NCBI GenBank assembly: GCA_965113315.1
Contig: OZ220365.1
Reading direction: 5' to 3' (one strand)
Length of the DNA: 64,000 nucleotides
Origin: Podarcis vaucheri
Taxonomy: Eukaryota
Position numbers and translations under genes: made by a program. Positions 28,119 through 40,584 of this stretch are shown one piece after another. The stretch's first letter is position 1. The number at the start of each line of letters is the position of its first letter. A model generated the notes under the pieces. The model searched no databases. It was not told where the DNA came from and worked only from the letters and a program-made list of their open reading frames with translations.

Positions 28119-30172
28119 GCTTTGCTATATATTTCCCTTTTGGCATAAGAAAGTACTATGTCTAGTGCAGAAAGTGTAAATCTGACGCTTCTGTTTTATT
28201 GATAACCTCAAGAGTTTCGACAGATCAGAATACGAAGTGGGGAGGAGAGAGAAGGTCAGTTTTTATAAATATCCACCAAATGCATAGTGAAAAATTTCTC
28301 TATAAAAGATGACGACAGTCGGCTAAGAAAACGTAATGCTTAAAAAAACCAAAACAAAACCAGGTTCATTTTGATTTGGAGTCATTGGAGTGAGGGTACA
28401 CTTATCCTTTGGAGAAAGAGCTACTGCAGAAGAGGCGTTCAAGGAAACGGCAAGCCGTCTTTTTGCTCAAATGGATATAATCATCGTACAGCCTGAGATT
28501 TCCAGTATAGCATGATGCGATTCCAGAGACAAAGGTTTGCAGATGTGTGGGTTTCAAGTAACTTAAGGCTTTAAAAATATTTCCTTCAGTTGGATTTTCA
28601 CACGTTCATAAATCTCGGACATTCATCTTTCCTCAAAGCCACCCTCTGGCAGATCTTCCCCGTCAGATGAAATTTCCGCTGCTAAAGCTGAAATAGATTG
28701 CATAAAGGGGTGGGGGGAAAGGCACACAGACCGCGCGAGACCGAAGACCAGAGTTCTGGGCAGTTACCAATGTGCCAAGCCAGGTGGGAAAGCCCTTTCT
28801 GAACTCAACTGCTCACTGTTCAACCCAGCAGTCTCTGCAATCCAAAGGCTGCCCCATTTCCTTTGCAGCTGGCGGCTTCCCCACCACCTCCAATGGAGTC
28901 CCTGTTTATCACACTGCCTTGCCTGCTTCCTCACAACTCACAGCCACATGCAGGCTTGAAAAGAAAAGCCCCTTTGCACTTAGCTGTCGTTGTGTTCTTG
29001 TTGTTCCTTAAATGCTCTGAACCTTTTAAGCTTCTCAAACAAAGACATTCACCTCATGTAAACTCCAATAGTTTGGGCTGTTTTTATTTTATTTTATGCC
29101 TTTGTCTTTTCCCTTTTTTCCACTAGGAGAGAATTGTAGGACTCGCTTTTCATCCTCTTGTTAAAAGAAGTGCCAGAGCTGAAAGCATATCAAGTAAGCG
29201 ATTATTTGCAGATCCTGATGGATTCAAGAAGGCCAATTAGAAATAGTCTGGGGAGCCGCACAGAAAATCCAACTTCCCTTTCCTTCTACGGTTTCCCATC
29301 ATGCCTCCTCTGTGCATCCAATAGGTTCCTTCCTTATTGATATTTCTCCAGAGTGCAGATTCATAATTTTAACACGTTTGCAGCTGTAGAATGCGTTTAA
29401 AAAGTGTTCCAAATGCTTTGAGTAATATTTATTATCAAATATTTGTACCATGATACAAGGAACCCAAATAAGAACTGCATTAACAGTAATCAGGAGAAGA
29501 AAAAGCAGCAAACCGAGCTGCAAAACTCAATACAGGATGATAAAGTCTGGGAAGCTCAATCCCTAGATCTGTCCCACTGCTCCTAAACTTGCCTGCTTTC
29601 AGTCATCAGCACACGGTTACTTGTCACAACTTAACAGGCGGACATATGAAAACCCCACTGCATCAATCAAAGTCCAGTGCAGAAAAGCACCAGAGATTTG
29701 CGCATTATTCCGCTTTCAGGGATGCCAATATCAATCTCCCCTCCGCTCAGACTGTTTTATTTATTTCATAGAGGTATTTGTGTAATTTGCTCTGTGCAGA
29801 GGATGTTTTTCTTATGCTGCTTCTTGGAAGGGGTTTTCCCCCACTTGCCACAGACCGTATGGCAAACTGACCACTAGTAGCAGATGGCATTCCATGGGAT
29901 TTTGGTCTTTGTGCTGTCAGGTCGCTCCATCTGGTGCTTGAATTAATTTTCATCCATGGCAAAAACTCTCCAAAGTATGCAACTGCCAGTCTGTGGGTTT
30001 TCAGAAATGTGTTTGTATATATATGTGTGTGTGTGTATGCATACATACAGTATGTACAGGCACTCCCTCAACTTGGCAATTTGGGCTGCATCTGGTGCCG
30101 CAGTTTGGCTATGGCAGTCTAGCAAGCCATCTGTCACTTATTTGAGTTGGGACTCCTTGGGTGCTTCCAATT
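27867..30172 (-). other. TULP4: Large TULP4 exon (2306 nt): about 2.05 kb 5'UTR plus the first 252 nt of CDS
   Basis: Strong acceptor on the minus strand, TTCTTTATTTTTTATTTTACAG|AATTGG (AG at 30174-30173), and donor at 27867. The interval has no recognisable transposons, unlike its flanks, and retains CpGs. Confidence 0.75.
27867..30172 (-). ncRNA. Predicted single-exon circular RNA, putative lizard orthologue of circTULP4
   Basis: Inference. The mammalian exon carrying the TULP4 start codon is a known source of an abundant brain circRNA of about 2 kb. Here an equivalent exon has both splice sites and long, repeat-rich flanking introns. No expression data. Confidence 0.55.
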
Positions 30173-30503
30173 CTGTAAAATAAAAAATAAAGAATTATAT
30201 ATACACACATGTACTGAAATAGCAGGACTGTACAACTGTGCACATTGAAACTGAGGGTGCCAAATGAGATGGCAGATCTTGTTCAGTATCATGTACTGAC
30301 AATATACTCTCGTTTTGCAACTTTGGTGTGAAAAATATTTCAAAACCTTTTTTTAAAAAATTAAATCACATAACATGCAGGACTTGAAAGTGACACAATA
30401 GGTTTTAAATAAAAGGAGGAAAGGTGGGTGGGTAGGGTACATACACTATAGCGACCACTGATTCCAAAATGATGAATGAAACTTGTCAGCAAGTCTGTAA
30501 ACT

Positions 30504-30727
30504 GAGAGACAGTATAGAGTGTTGGACTAAATCCTGGAAAACCAGAGTTCAAGTCCCTGGACTCAGCCATGAAGCACACTGAGATGGTCACTGCCTCTTA
30601 GCCTAATGTACCTCACAGGGTTGTGAGAATATCATCAGGAGATGACATGGAGAACCATCTACTCCACCTTGAACTCCATGGATGAAAGGAGGGATATAAA
30701 CGCAATAAAACAAAACAAAATAAAACA
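30504..30727 (+). mobile_element. Ther1/Squam3-type SINE
   Basis: gagttcaagtccctggactcagccatgaagc...tacctcacagggttgtgag core with an A-rich tail. Confidence 0.75.
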
Positions 30728-31022
30728 AAGAGGAATAAACGGGTTGTCAAACCTCCACAAATGAGTCTTTTGGTTAGCACAAAGCAAAACAGGAAGAGGA
30801 GATAATTATTTCTTCAGCTATTATTCCTCGGATAAGAAGCTTCAATTCTTGGGATTCCTTCGACAAAATATTTCTCAGCAACTGCTACTTAACACAAGAC
30901 TCAGCGTTAGCTCTAAAAGATTAAAAGGTGCTTTTCTGTTTGACTTTAAACATTTGATTCTCAGAAATATGAATAAGCTGCTCTTCAGTCACACCATTAC
31001 TTGATCACACTGTCCAGGGTTG

Positions 31023-31068
<46 letters not shown>
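31023..31068. repeat. (TTA)n microsatellite
   Basis: Read directly; about 15 units. Confidence 0.95.
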
Positions 31069-31069
<1 letters not shown>

Positions 31070-34000
31070 TACCACTACTACTACAGTAAATGAATTTGCT
31101 CAAATATGCCTGGTATTAAAAAAGAGGACACTATAATCCCCTATCTAATACTCAGTATGTTCAAAGGAGCTTTAGTGACTTACCAAGTACAAAAACGGGA
31201 GAGAAATAGAGAGCAGAGAAAGAGCAACATAATAATGTTCTGCATTTGGAGATGGAAAAATTCATCCCTGGGTGTATCAGTGTTATCAATTTTTAATATG
31301 TTAAACCGAGAATATATACCAATCACATCCTGTCTCATTCTATTTAAATCCGTGGTTCTCCAAATATGGAACTGGGATTTCCTAAGAAGAAGAGAAGCAG
31401 TTGCTATGTAAGGCCCAAGCTGCTCCCTGATGCAATCTATACTGTCTTAATTGGAACCAGAAGAACAGTGTCATGTCAATGCTGTGGACAAAATAAGTTG
31501 ACTGACAGTGAAAGAATCTAACCGTGCTAGCTCATGTTCTTTGCTTCCTTGTGCGCCTCCACATCTAGCATCCTGATGTAGTTTTCTAGCAGATACCTAT
31601 CATATCATAGAATTGTAAAGTTGGAAGGACCCAAAGGGTCGTCTAGTCCAATCCCCTGCAGCATCAGGTATGTTATTCTCAGTCCAGAGATATAAATACA
31701 TCAATAATCTTTCTACTAGTCAACTACTAGCTAATCAACCCATATTTTACTTTGCCTTAATTGCTTTTGATCATGGCTAGTTACACTGTGCAGCATCCAG
31801 CTCATCCCATGTACTTATTCACTGATATTTTATATTTTCCCAGTTTGCAGGACTACTGATCTCATTTACAAACACAGTAGCTGCCATTGCTGACTTTTTC
31901 TGAATATAATTATCTGATTTCTATTATTGTTGTTAAATTTACAAACACAACAGAAATACTAAAATCAATGATAATAAACACAATCAATAGGTGAGGAAAC
32001 ACCACATTATGCAAATATGAGAGGTCTAGCAGATTCTGCCTCATCCAAAGATGCCACAAACACTTTAAAACTTCAAATTAAAGGCCAAAAGCACAGGTAA
32101 AAATGAAAGTTCTGGCCTGTCGCCTAAAACTAGATGTAGTCACCTCTGCTACAAATATAGCCACCTCTTAAAAGACAACCTTTTGGTAGTGTTGTGGTAA
32201 GTGCAGGATTCTCCCAAACCTGAATACCACACAGTTTTTACAATGTTAAAAACAAAGAACAGGTCTTTGCTACATAGTTGAAACATAAATATTTCCCAAT
32301 TTTAAACATAGGGAGCTAACTGATGTATACCTAATTCGGCCACTTATCCATCTAGCTCAGTACTGTCAACACCGGCACTCCAGAATTTCAAGCAGTGGCC
32401 TCTCCCACTCTGAGCCCCAACTGGGGATGCTGGATGGAATCAGTCCTACCCTATTCCAACAGATTATTCAAAACAGACCATTCTAATCTCATAGATTGTG
32501 CTTTACAAACTTCTAGGTAGATCAGCCCTCCTCTGTCCCTCCATCTTTTTCTTCTTAGCTTCTAACCAAAAAGAACAATTCTTCTCTGCCAATCTTGGCA
32601 GAGCAGAGAAGCTTCTTTACAGCCAATAAACATTAATCCCCCCCTTTGAGTGGTGTTTTTTATCCAATAGAAATTAAGTATTCTCAATACCTTCTGATAT
32701 TCCATCTCCTCTTTATCCTCATTAAGTGGTCCACCACTTAGAATACATACTGCATGCATACTAAAATTGTAAACAACATTTTTTGTAAATTAAAAAATAA
32801 AATAGAAATAATTTTAAAACCAAAATTAATGCTTACTCTTTTTCATTCAAACGCTAAGAGCCAAGATGCTCCTGGAGGTAGAATTCTGGAGTAGAGATCT
32901 AGTTTCAAATACATGCCAGGTCATGAATTCTCCAAGTGGACTAGACCAAGCCACCAGTTATCAGTATTCCACTTGTAAAATATGAGTAACAGTGACCTAA
33001 CTTAAAAGTTTGTTGTGACAAAGTCGCAAATGGGGATTTAAAGTTCTCCCATCATCATGCAACACATGATGAACTGGACACTCCATTGATATTGCTAGAC
33101 TTGCCTACTCAAACGCATGACCCACTGAGTTCACTGGGGCTTACTCACAGGTAAGGAGGTATAGGATTGGAGCAGAAATGTTTTGTAACACTCACAGAAT
33201 CGTCATACAAGATACACTTGATTCTTTGGAGTTTGTGCATGCATGCTCCCCAGTGTAGTCACAGGAGAACTGAACATCAAGACTGCCGCTTTTGATGAAG
33301 CCAGTAGCAGCTCTTAAAAGTTCCCTGTTGCTTTGATCTCTGCCTAGAAAGGTGGCTAGGTATAGGTGTCCTAGTTTGCTACTTAATGCTCTAGATATTT
33401 TTTTTAGAGTGCGCAAACAGATGACCAATGATAAAGCTCAGAACCGCTCCTCCCCAATGCAAAAATGAGCACTTGTGACTTTTTGCAAAACAGCTCTAAA
33501 ACAGGTTTCTTCCCATTTCATTCCTCCTGCCAAGTGAAAAGCTGGCAAAAGGACTTACAGGCCTAGTTTCTGGTACTACATAAGACCCCACGGTGCTTAC
33601 AAATGATCAACAGCTGGCTGGCACTGTGCAGAGGAACCCCACACAGTCACTTTTTCTCATCGACTATCAATCTCATGACTGCTATCTGCTAGAAAGTCAC
33701 AGCTTTGGCCTTATCTATGGAAGAAAAGAAAAATGTTAAAAACTGGATACAGTATATATTCTGTCATTTATTTTTATATTTATTATATTTAGTGGTTCCC
33801 AATTAATACCGTTTACCAGCCAAAGCCAACCGAACTGTTAGAGGAGAAGACCTAGTATGTTCCTGATTTATCCCCTTGTACTCACTACAGGTTAGAAGAA
33901 CACACATTTCTAAGCTGCCAGTAGTCTGTGCAAGGGAATAATTCAGGTGGAATCCACATACCTTTGAAATCGAAAGCAGAAGCTCATAATGCATCTGGAA

Positions 34001-34364
34001 TCTGCTCTGAAATTATCTGCTCTGAAATTGTCAAGTGGTGCTGCAGTTCACAGCAGGCATAAATACCTGGGATTCAATAGATTTAGGTCAATATATTTAG
34101 ACCATAAATTTTAACATATTTATTAGAAAGACAGTTCCATTTAAATAAATGGGACCTTCCCCCAAATGTAAGGCTTGAATGTTAGAAATTTCCACTGGAC
34201 AGGACCCAATACTTCAGTACAACTCTTCCCACACATCCTTTGCTTGCAATACATGATGTCCAACAGCTAATACCATACTCAAAGGTATTCTTCCACTTAA
34301 TTTTGTTTGTATGTTCATTAGTGAATTCTTAATGTTAATTAGTGAAATCTTTTTTATTTTTATT

Positions 34365-34750
34365 ATTTAATAAATTTCTATACTACCCCTCATCTGAAGA
34401 TCACAGGGAAGTTTAGAATATAAAAATGCAAAAATGGAACAAAAACAATACCCTCCCACAGTTTAAAAGGCCACAGAGTGTTTAATTAGCCAAGGGTCTG
34501 GGGGAGAAGAGGACTGTTTTTGCCTGGTGCCTAAAGCTATCTGGTGCTTAAAGAGTGGCTGGGAAAACCCAGCCAGATGGGTAGGGTATAAATAAAGTTG
34601 TTGTTGTTGTTAAGCAAAGTGCATCAGACGAGCCTCCCTGGGAAGAGCATTCCACAAGCAGGGAGCCACTGCGGAAAAGGCCTGTTCTCATGTTGCCACC
34701 CTCTGGACCTCTCATGCAGTGGGCAAATGACGAAGGGCCTCAGAGGATGA
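34365..34750 (-). mobile_element. L2 3' fragment with an oppositely oriented short L2 tail nested at about 34545-34610
   Basis: ctccctgggaagagcattccacaagcagggagccactgcggaaaaggcc motif and ccctcatctgaagatcacaggg tail. Confidence 0.7.
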
Positions 34751-36597
34751 TTGCAGAGTTGGCAAAACATCACCTCCACCCCTTCTCCACACCCACCTTC
34801 ATTTTCCTCCTTTCACCTCCCCTTTTTCACCAGGGCCAGCTCTTAAGCAACTGTTTGTCCATTTTGGTCTCCCTGGTAAAAGAGAACCCCCTTTTTCTGG
34901 ATGTCTATGCAGGCAAATAAAGGTTTCTGTATACTTTTAGGCTCATTCAGAGGCTTCTCCTCAGCAACAGCCTGTGGGTGGCAATGTATAATACTGTGAA
35001 GGCAGATGTTAAGAAACTAGATTTTAAATAATGACATGTGGCCATGTCAGCTGCAGGTAATCAGTTCCTAATTTTAGAATACCAACCCTGTTGACATCCA
35101 CTTTGCTGATTAAAACCTTCTAATCAGCCCCTCTGGCCTATATGACCTGATAGGAGATGGTTGATTTTGCTTATTAACATTCCAGGAGCCTTCTCCTGTT
35201 TCTCCAAGCCCACATTTTATATAAATGTAAGTACTGAGGACTTCTGGAGGCTTCAAAATAAACAAAGATGCTCTGATAACATGAAGAATATTACATCTGA
35301 TACAATCATCCTTATGAGGATTTTCTGTGACTACATGGCGATATCTCACCCACACATTAAAAATAAATAAAAAATGAGGTGATAGCTTGGTTGTACAAGA
35401 AGAAAGCTGCTATGCCCCTCCCTGCACATGGCCTTCAAATAAATAATAAATAAAAAGTACCAAATATTCGGTAACAAGGTCATCACAAACAATATCCTGT
35501 TGGTACCACAGTCCAACGAGCAAACATGGTACTAATTTATGAACTAGGTCAGGAATATCATGTCCCCCTCCCCTGTCCCCCATACAAGATATACATTGCA
35601 CACTCAGAAAATAGAATATCTCCATGACAAAAGTGCTACTCTCAGGGAAATTGGCCATACCACGTACAACATATGAGGGGAAATGTGCATTTATTGCATT
35701 AAAAGAAAGTAAAGAAAAAGATCCTTAAAGATTACTTGCACAGTTGCTTTACACAGAGAACCCGTCCTTCAACAGGGAAGGATATTCAATTTATAACACT
35801 TTCGGGCCAGTAAAAAGAAGTTACTTTCCAATCATAGTACATAAAACCAACAGTATTTGCTACACAGAAGAATCTGAAAGCAAAAGTGTATGCAAAATAT
35901 TCGATTTTCTGGTTACGCAGAACAAGGCAGAATTTCCTCAGCAGAAATATGCTTACTGTAAGATCTCTTTTTACAAAATGAATAATGCTTTTGCCTACAT
36001 TGCACAGAGATAATGCGTGGAAGTGAAGATACTACCTAGCTTTTGGTCTTGGCAGATGTGGACTTGGCAAGTGTGCATAGCTACAATCACACTGCACACA
36101 GCAAAGCCCCACTAGTGTGGCATTTAGAACCAGTAAAGTATTATGGATGATACAACTCCACAACCAAGCACTGTACACTGAGTGCTCTCTCCACAAGACT
36201 GTCCACTTCTGAGAATGCTTTTTGTTGTAAACTTCTTGGATGAAGGGAAGTATATAAATAAAATAAAATAAAAATAAATAATACTATTCCAGAGTCTTTC
36301 CAAATGCCTCCTACTTCTAATCAAGAGGCTCTGAGAAAATCTGAGGTTCCCAAATACAAGTGGGAGGAGAGGTGAGGGAAGAATCTATGCATTATCTCCC
36401 ACTCATTCAGTTGTATCTTTCAGACGGGGAAGTCTACAAAAGCAAAGGCATTTATGTGCTTTTCCTTTGACTAGTCTTCCTCAAAGACTGGAGGAAAGGA
36501 AGCAAAATTTGTGATCCTACTTTTAAAAGTTGCTTTCTCTTCTCGCTCTCTCTGCCCAACCCGCACCCCTCACCAAAGCAACTGGAGCTTCCAAGTA

Positions 36598-37070
36598 CAG
36601 TGGTACCTCTGGTTACGAACTTAATTTGTTCCGGAGGTCCATTCTTAACCTGAAACCATTCTTAACCTGAGGTACCACTTTAGCTAATGGGGTCTCCTGC
36701 TGCTGCCGTGCGATTTCTGTTCTCATCCTGAGGTAAAGTTCTTAACCCGAGGTACTACAGTGGTACCTCTAGATACGAACGGGATCCGTTCCGGAGCCCC
36801 ATTCACATCTAGAGGTAAACGTAGCTAGCGATGGCACATCTGCGCATGCGCATGTCGCTTTTTGTCGCTTCTGCGCATGTGCGTGACGTCATTTTGAGTG
36901 TGCATGCGTGAGCAGCGAAACCCAGAAATAACGCGCTGCGTTACTTCCGGGTTGCCATTGAGCGCAAATCGAACGTGCTCAACTCGAAGCATATTTAACC
37001 CGAGGTATGACTGTACTTCCGGGCTAGCGGAATCTGTAAACTGAAGTGTTTGTAACCCGAGGTACCACTG
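36598..37070 (+). mobile_element. MITE family A host copy, interrupted by a nested MITE
   Basis: TA-flanked family A TIRs; the body resumes correctly after 37015. Confidence 0.9.
36758..37013. mobile_element. Nested pogo/Tigger-like MITE (CpG-rich, distinct body)
   Basis: TA|CAGTGGTACCTCTAG ... CCGAGGTATGACTG|TA inserted at an internal TA of the host. Confidence 0.85.
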
Positions 37071-38750
37071 TAAATGCTGCTTGCTTCCAAGGAACATGCA
37101 CCGTCGCAATTTACTTTGAATGTATCAGTTTAGAGCCCCCTTGGCTATCTAAATTTGTTTTTGGATGGGTAAATCTTTGTATGATCTAATTTAGTATGGA
37201 ATACATAGAGTTCAAACAGCATGTTTGTTTTAGTATAATACTGTAACATATTGTTGAGGAGTGCTCTTTTTGTGAGGAACTTGGGATTTGATCAGCTTGA
37301 ATAAGAAGCTGATAATGCTACATACAGCTTGGTTTGGTTGCTTTAACTGGGTTTTATCCATTAGAGGAAACAAATTGAAAAACCAATTTCACCTCAACAC
37401 ATCTTGTACAGAGACACAAAATATGCCCAATTGTTTAACCAGTATTCCATGTTGTTCCAAGCTGCCTGATTTATTTGGGCAATTTCCTTCTGAATTAATA
37501 ACATGTGTTATTTATATCAATTTATGACACATGCAAAGAGATGTGAAGCGCATAATGGATTAAAAAAGAAAAGGGGGAAACTACCAGCAAGGTTTAATGC
37601 CATCTTGTACATCAAGCTCTTGAGCTGTGAAATCATGATTAAGATTTAAGGCAAAGTACTTTCTGAGGCCTCAAAGTGACAAACAACGAAGAACTGAGAG
37701 CCATGGCCATATCACAGCTGCATTTCAAGTTTTGGTTAATAGTCATGTAGCCAGTTGGTGAACATTATGCTCTGCATTTCACACAGTTGATGTTGACTGG
37801 GCAGATGCTAGGTGGATAAATTTTACTATACAGTATATGTTAATGGGGTATTTGAGCAGGCTTCATCGTACCTACTACTTACTATACAAATGATTTTTTT
37901 CATGATTGTGTCCATCAGAATGAGGAGCAGGTTGGATATTTTTGTCTAAGAAAAGGAAACTGAACAAGGCCAATATTTCAGACCTGAGTTGTGTAATCAG
38001 GACAGCTGTAGCCCAGATGCCTTTGTAGCCTGTGAAAGCTCAGAGATCTTGCCATCATCATATCTTTACAGGGTAGTGACCCAATCAATTAACAAAGACA
38101 AAAACTACCTATTCAAAGAGGGCCATCAGAGTTATTTGAATGACTATCACAAGTTATTTCCTTTCCTTAATATATGACGAAGATAGGGCATCTTCAGTTT
38201 ATAAGCCATGTGGACTCTGCTCTTCAGTCTTCCCCAGCTGGCCACAAAGCTACTTCCATAGCTATTCTACTGGTCTACATGGACTTATTTCATCTCCCAG
38301 TATATAAAAAAGAATGTAGGCAGGACCACACCATGTATGTGAGAAACCTAGAGCAGCCTTATTATATACAATGGCTATTGGGACCGGAATCCGTTCAGAT
38401 GCATTGCCAGCACTGGAGATATGTAGCTATATCAGGGTAGAGGATAAAGGGGTTGCTACTAATTCTAGGATAAACAATGACTTTTGCAATGGTCAAATAA
38501 AGGTTAAAGGCTTCTCCATCTTCATTGCTAAAGATGAAGTCTAGTTGCTTGATATTCTTGCCTTGACTTTACTTTTCCTCTTTAGAAATTTAAGCACCTG
38601 GTAAACCACAACAGACGGTTAATAAGCTGTGCAGCCTTTTACAACATCTCAAACCTTCAAAACCTTGTTGCAGAAGTGACGGGAGAATACACAAGCAGGG
38701 GTGCTTCCAAGCAACAGCAGATGTTTTTTAACACTACGGTAGCACTAATC

Positions 38751-38886
38751 CAGGCTTCCTCAACCTTGGCCCTCCAGATGTTTTTGGCCTACAAGTCCCA
38801 TGAGCCCTAGCTAGCAGGACCAGTGGTCAAGGATGATGGGAATTGTAGTATCAAAACATCTGGAGGGCCAAGGTTGAGGAAGCCTG
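38751..38886. mobile_element. 136-bp palindromic hAT MITE
   Basis: Long TIR CAGGCTTCCTCAACCTTGGCCCTCCAGATGTTTT; perfect TSD CACTAATC. Confidence 0.9.
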
Positions 38887-39014
38887 CACTAATCCCAGTC
38901 CTGTTCAGTGCTAATTGTGCATTACTTAGTCCCCATGTAAATGTAATCTGTCCATAATTAAAAGAAAGAGTGGGAGTCTGATCTGGACTAAAACTACAGC
39001 AGAGTTACAGCCTG

Positions 39015-39895
39015 GACTGTCTTGCCTTGGTAAAGGATTGGATGAGAGCCAGTAAACTGAAGCTCAATCCAGATAAGACTGAGGCACTGTTAGTGGATCA
39101 TTTCCTGGGCTGGATGGGTGGACGATTGCCTGCTCTTGAGGGGATCACACTCGCTCTTAAGGAGCAAGTACGTAGCTTGGGGGCGCTTCTGGATCCACTA
39201 CTGTCACTTGAGGCCCAGGTGACCTCAGTGGCGGGAGAGCCCTCTGTCAGCTTCAACTGGTGGCCCAACTACACCCCTATTTGGACAGGGATAGCCTAAC
39301 TTCTGTGGCTTATGCTCTGGTAACATCGAGGTTGGATTACTGTCATGCATTATAAATGGGGCTGCCTCTGAAGACAGTTCAGCTGGTGCAAATCCTGGCA
39401 CAACTGCACTGGCTGCCAATTAGTTTCTGGACCCAATTCAAAGTGCTGGTGTTGCACTTAACATAGCTCAGCACTTCAATACCTTAAGGATTGCCACTCC
39501 CCATACAAACCAACCTGGACCCCGCACTTGTCATCTGAGGCTCTTCTCTATGTGTCCGCTCCAAGAGGTTCAGAGGGTGGCAACAAGAGGATGGGCCTCT
39601 TCTGTGGCGGCTCCCCAATTGTGGAATGCTCTCCCCAGAGAGGCTCATCTGGCACCATCATTACATGTCTTCAGATGCCAGGCAAAAACACTGTTGTTTA
39701 CCTATGGCTATTAAATAATCTATGTCCTGTGTAAGTGTGGGGGAGAGGACGGTTATGATTATTATTTTACTGTTAGGCTGTCTATCAGCATGCATTTTGC
39801 TATGTTTTTATCATTGATGTTTTGTAATGCGTTTCTAATGTTGTACACTGCCCTGAGAGCTTTTGATAAAGGGTGATACATAAATTGAATAAATG
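39015..39895 (+). mobile_element. L2 LINE 3' portion (degraded RT C-terminus and 3'UTR)
   Basis: DWMRASKLKLNPDKTEALL and VRSLGALLD are hallmark L2 motifs; frameshifted; L2 tail near 39850-39895. Confidence 0.85.
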
Positions 39896-39929
39896 ATGGT
39901 GGTGGTGGTGATGATGGATTATTCACTGG

Positions 39930-40180
39930 ATGTCCTTGAGTTCTAGCATTACAAAATGGGGGAGGGGGGATTTTTCTCTGCCCACATTCTGTTGGCTAAT
40001 ACTTCCATGGGAAAAATATACCATGCATATTTTTATACACCTCTATCATATCCCATTTCACTTGCCTTCTCTCTAAATTAAAGAAGCCCAAATATTATAG
40101 TGTTTCCTCATACAGGAGATGTTGCATCCCCTCAATCATTTCAGTTGCCCTTTTCTGAACCTTTTCCAGCACTACAATCT
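39930..40180 (-). mobile_element. CR1 fragment
   Basis: ccatgcatatttttatacacctctatcat...ttgcatccccctcaatcatttcagttgcccttttctgaaccttttccag. Confidence 0.7.
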
Positions 40181-40359
40181 CTTTCAATCTGTTCCTCTGC
40201 CAGCCAGCACAAGAAACAAATGGGATTCACCAAAGAGAAGACAAAATTACATTAATTGCACCACCACTGCTGCTGTTCTAAAGAGGGGACTTGTTTTTAA
40301 ATGGAAATTTGAGTGCCCTATCACTGTGAAACCAACAAGGCAGTTGTGAAACTGACATA

Positions 40360-40584
40360 CAGTGGGAGCTCGGGTTACGTACTTAATTTGTTCTGGAGGT
40401 CCGTTCTTAACCTGAAGCACCACTTTAGCTAATGGGGCCTCCTGCTGCTGCCACGCCACCGGAGCATGATTTCTGTTTTCATCCTGAAGCAAAGTTCTTA
40501 ACCCAAGGTACTATTTCTGGGTTAGCGGAGTCTGTAACCTGAAGCGTATGTAACCTGAAGCGTATGTAACCCAAGGTACCACTG
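40360..40584 (+). mobile_element. MITE family A
   Basis: TA-flanked family A TIRs and body. Confidence 0.9.

Noticed and set aside
29299-29523. Hydrophobic 74-aa micro-protein in the 5'UTR (MQLGLLLFLLL...)
   Set aside because: It starts at TTG with an in-frame TGA two codons upstream; the hydrophobicity follows from T-rich composition.
39027-39299. Intact reverse transcriptase gene
   Set aside because: 5'-truncated, frameshifted L2 remnant.
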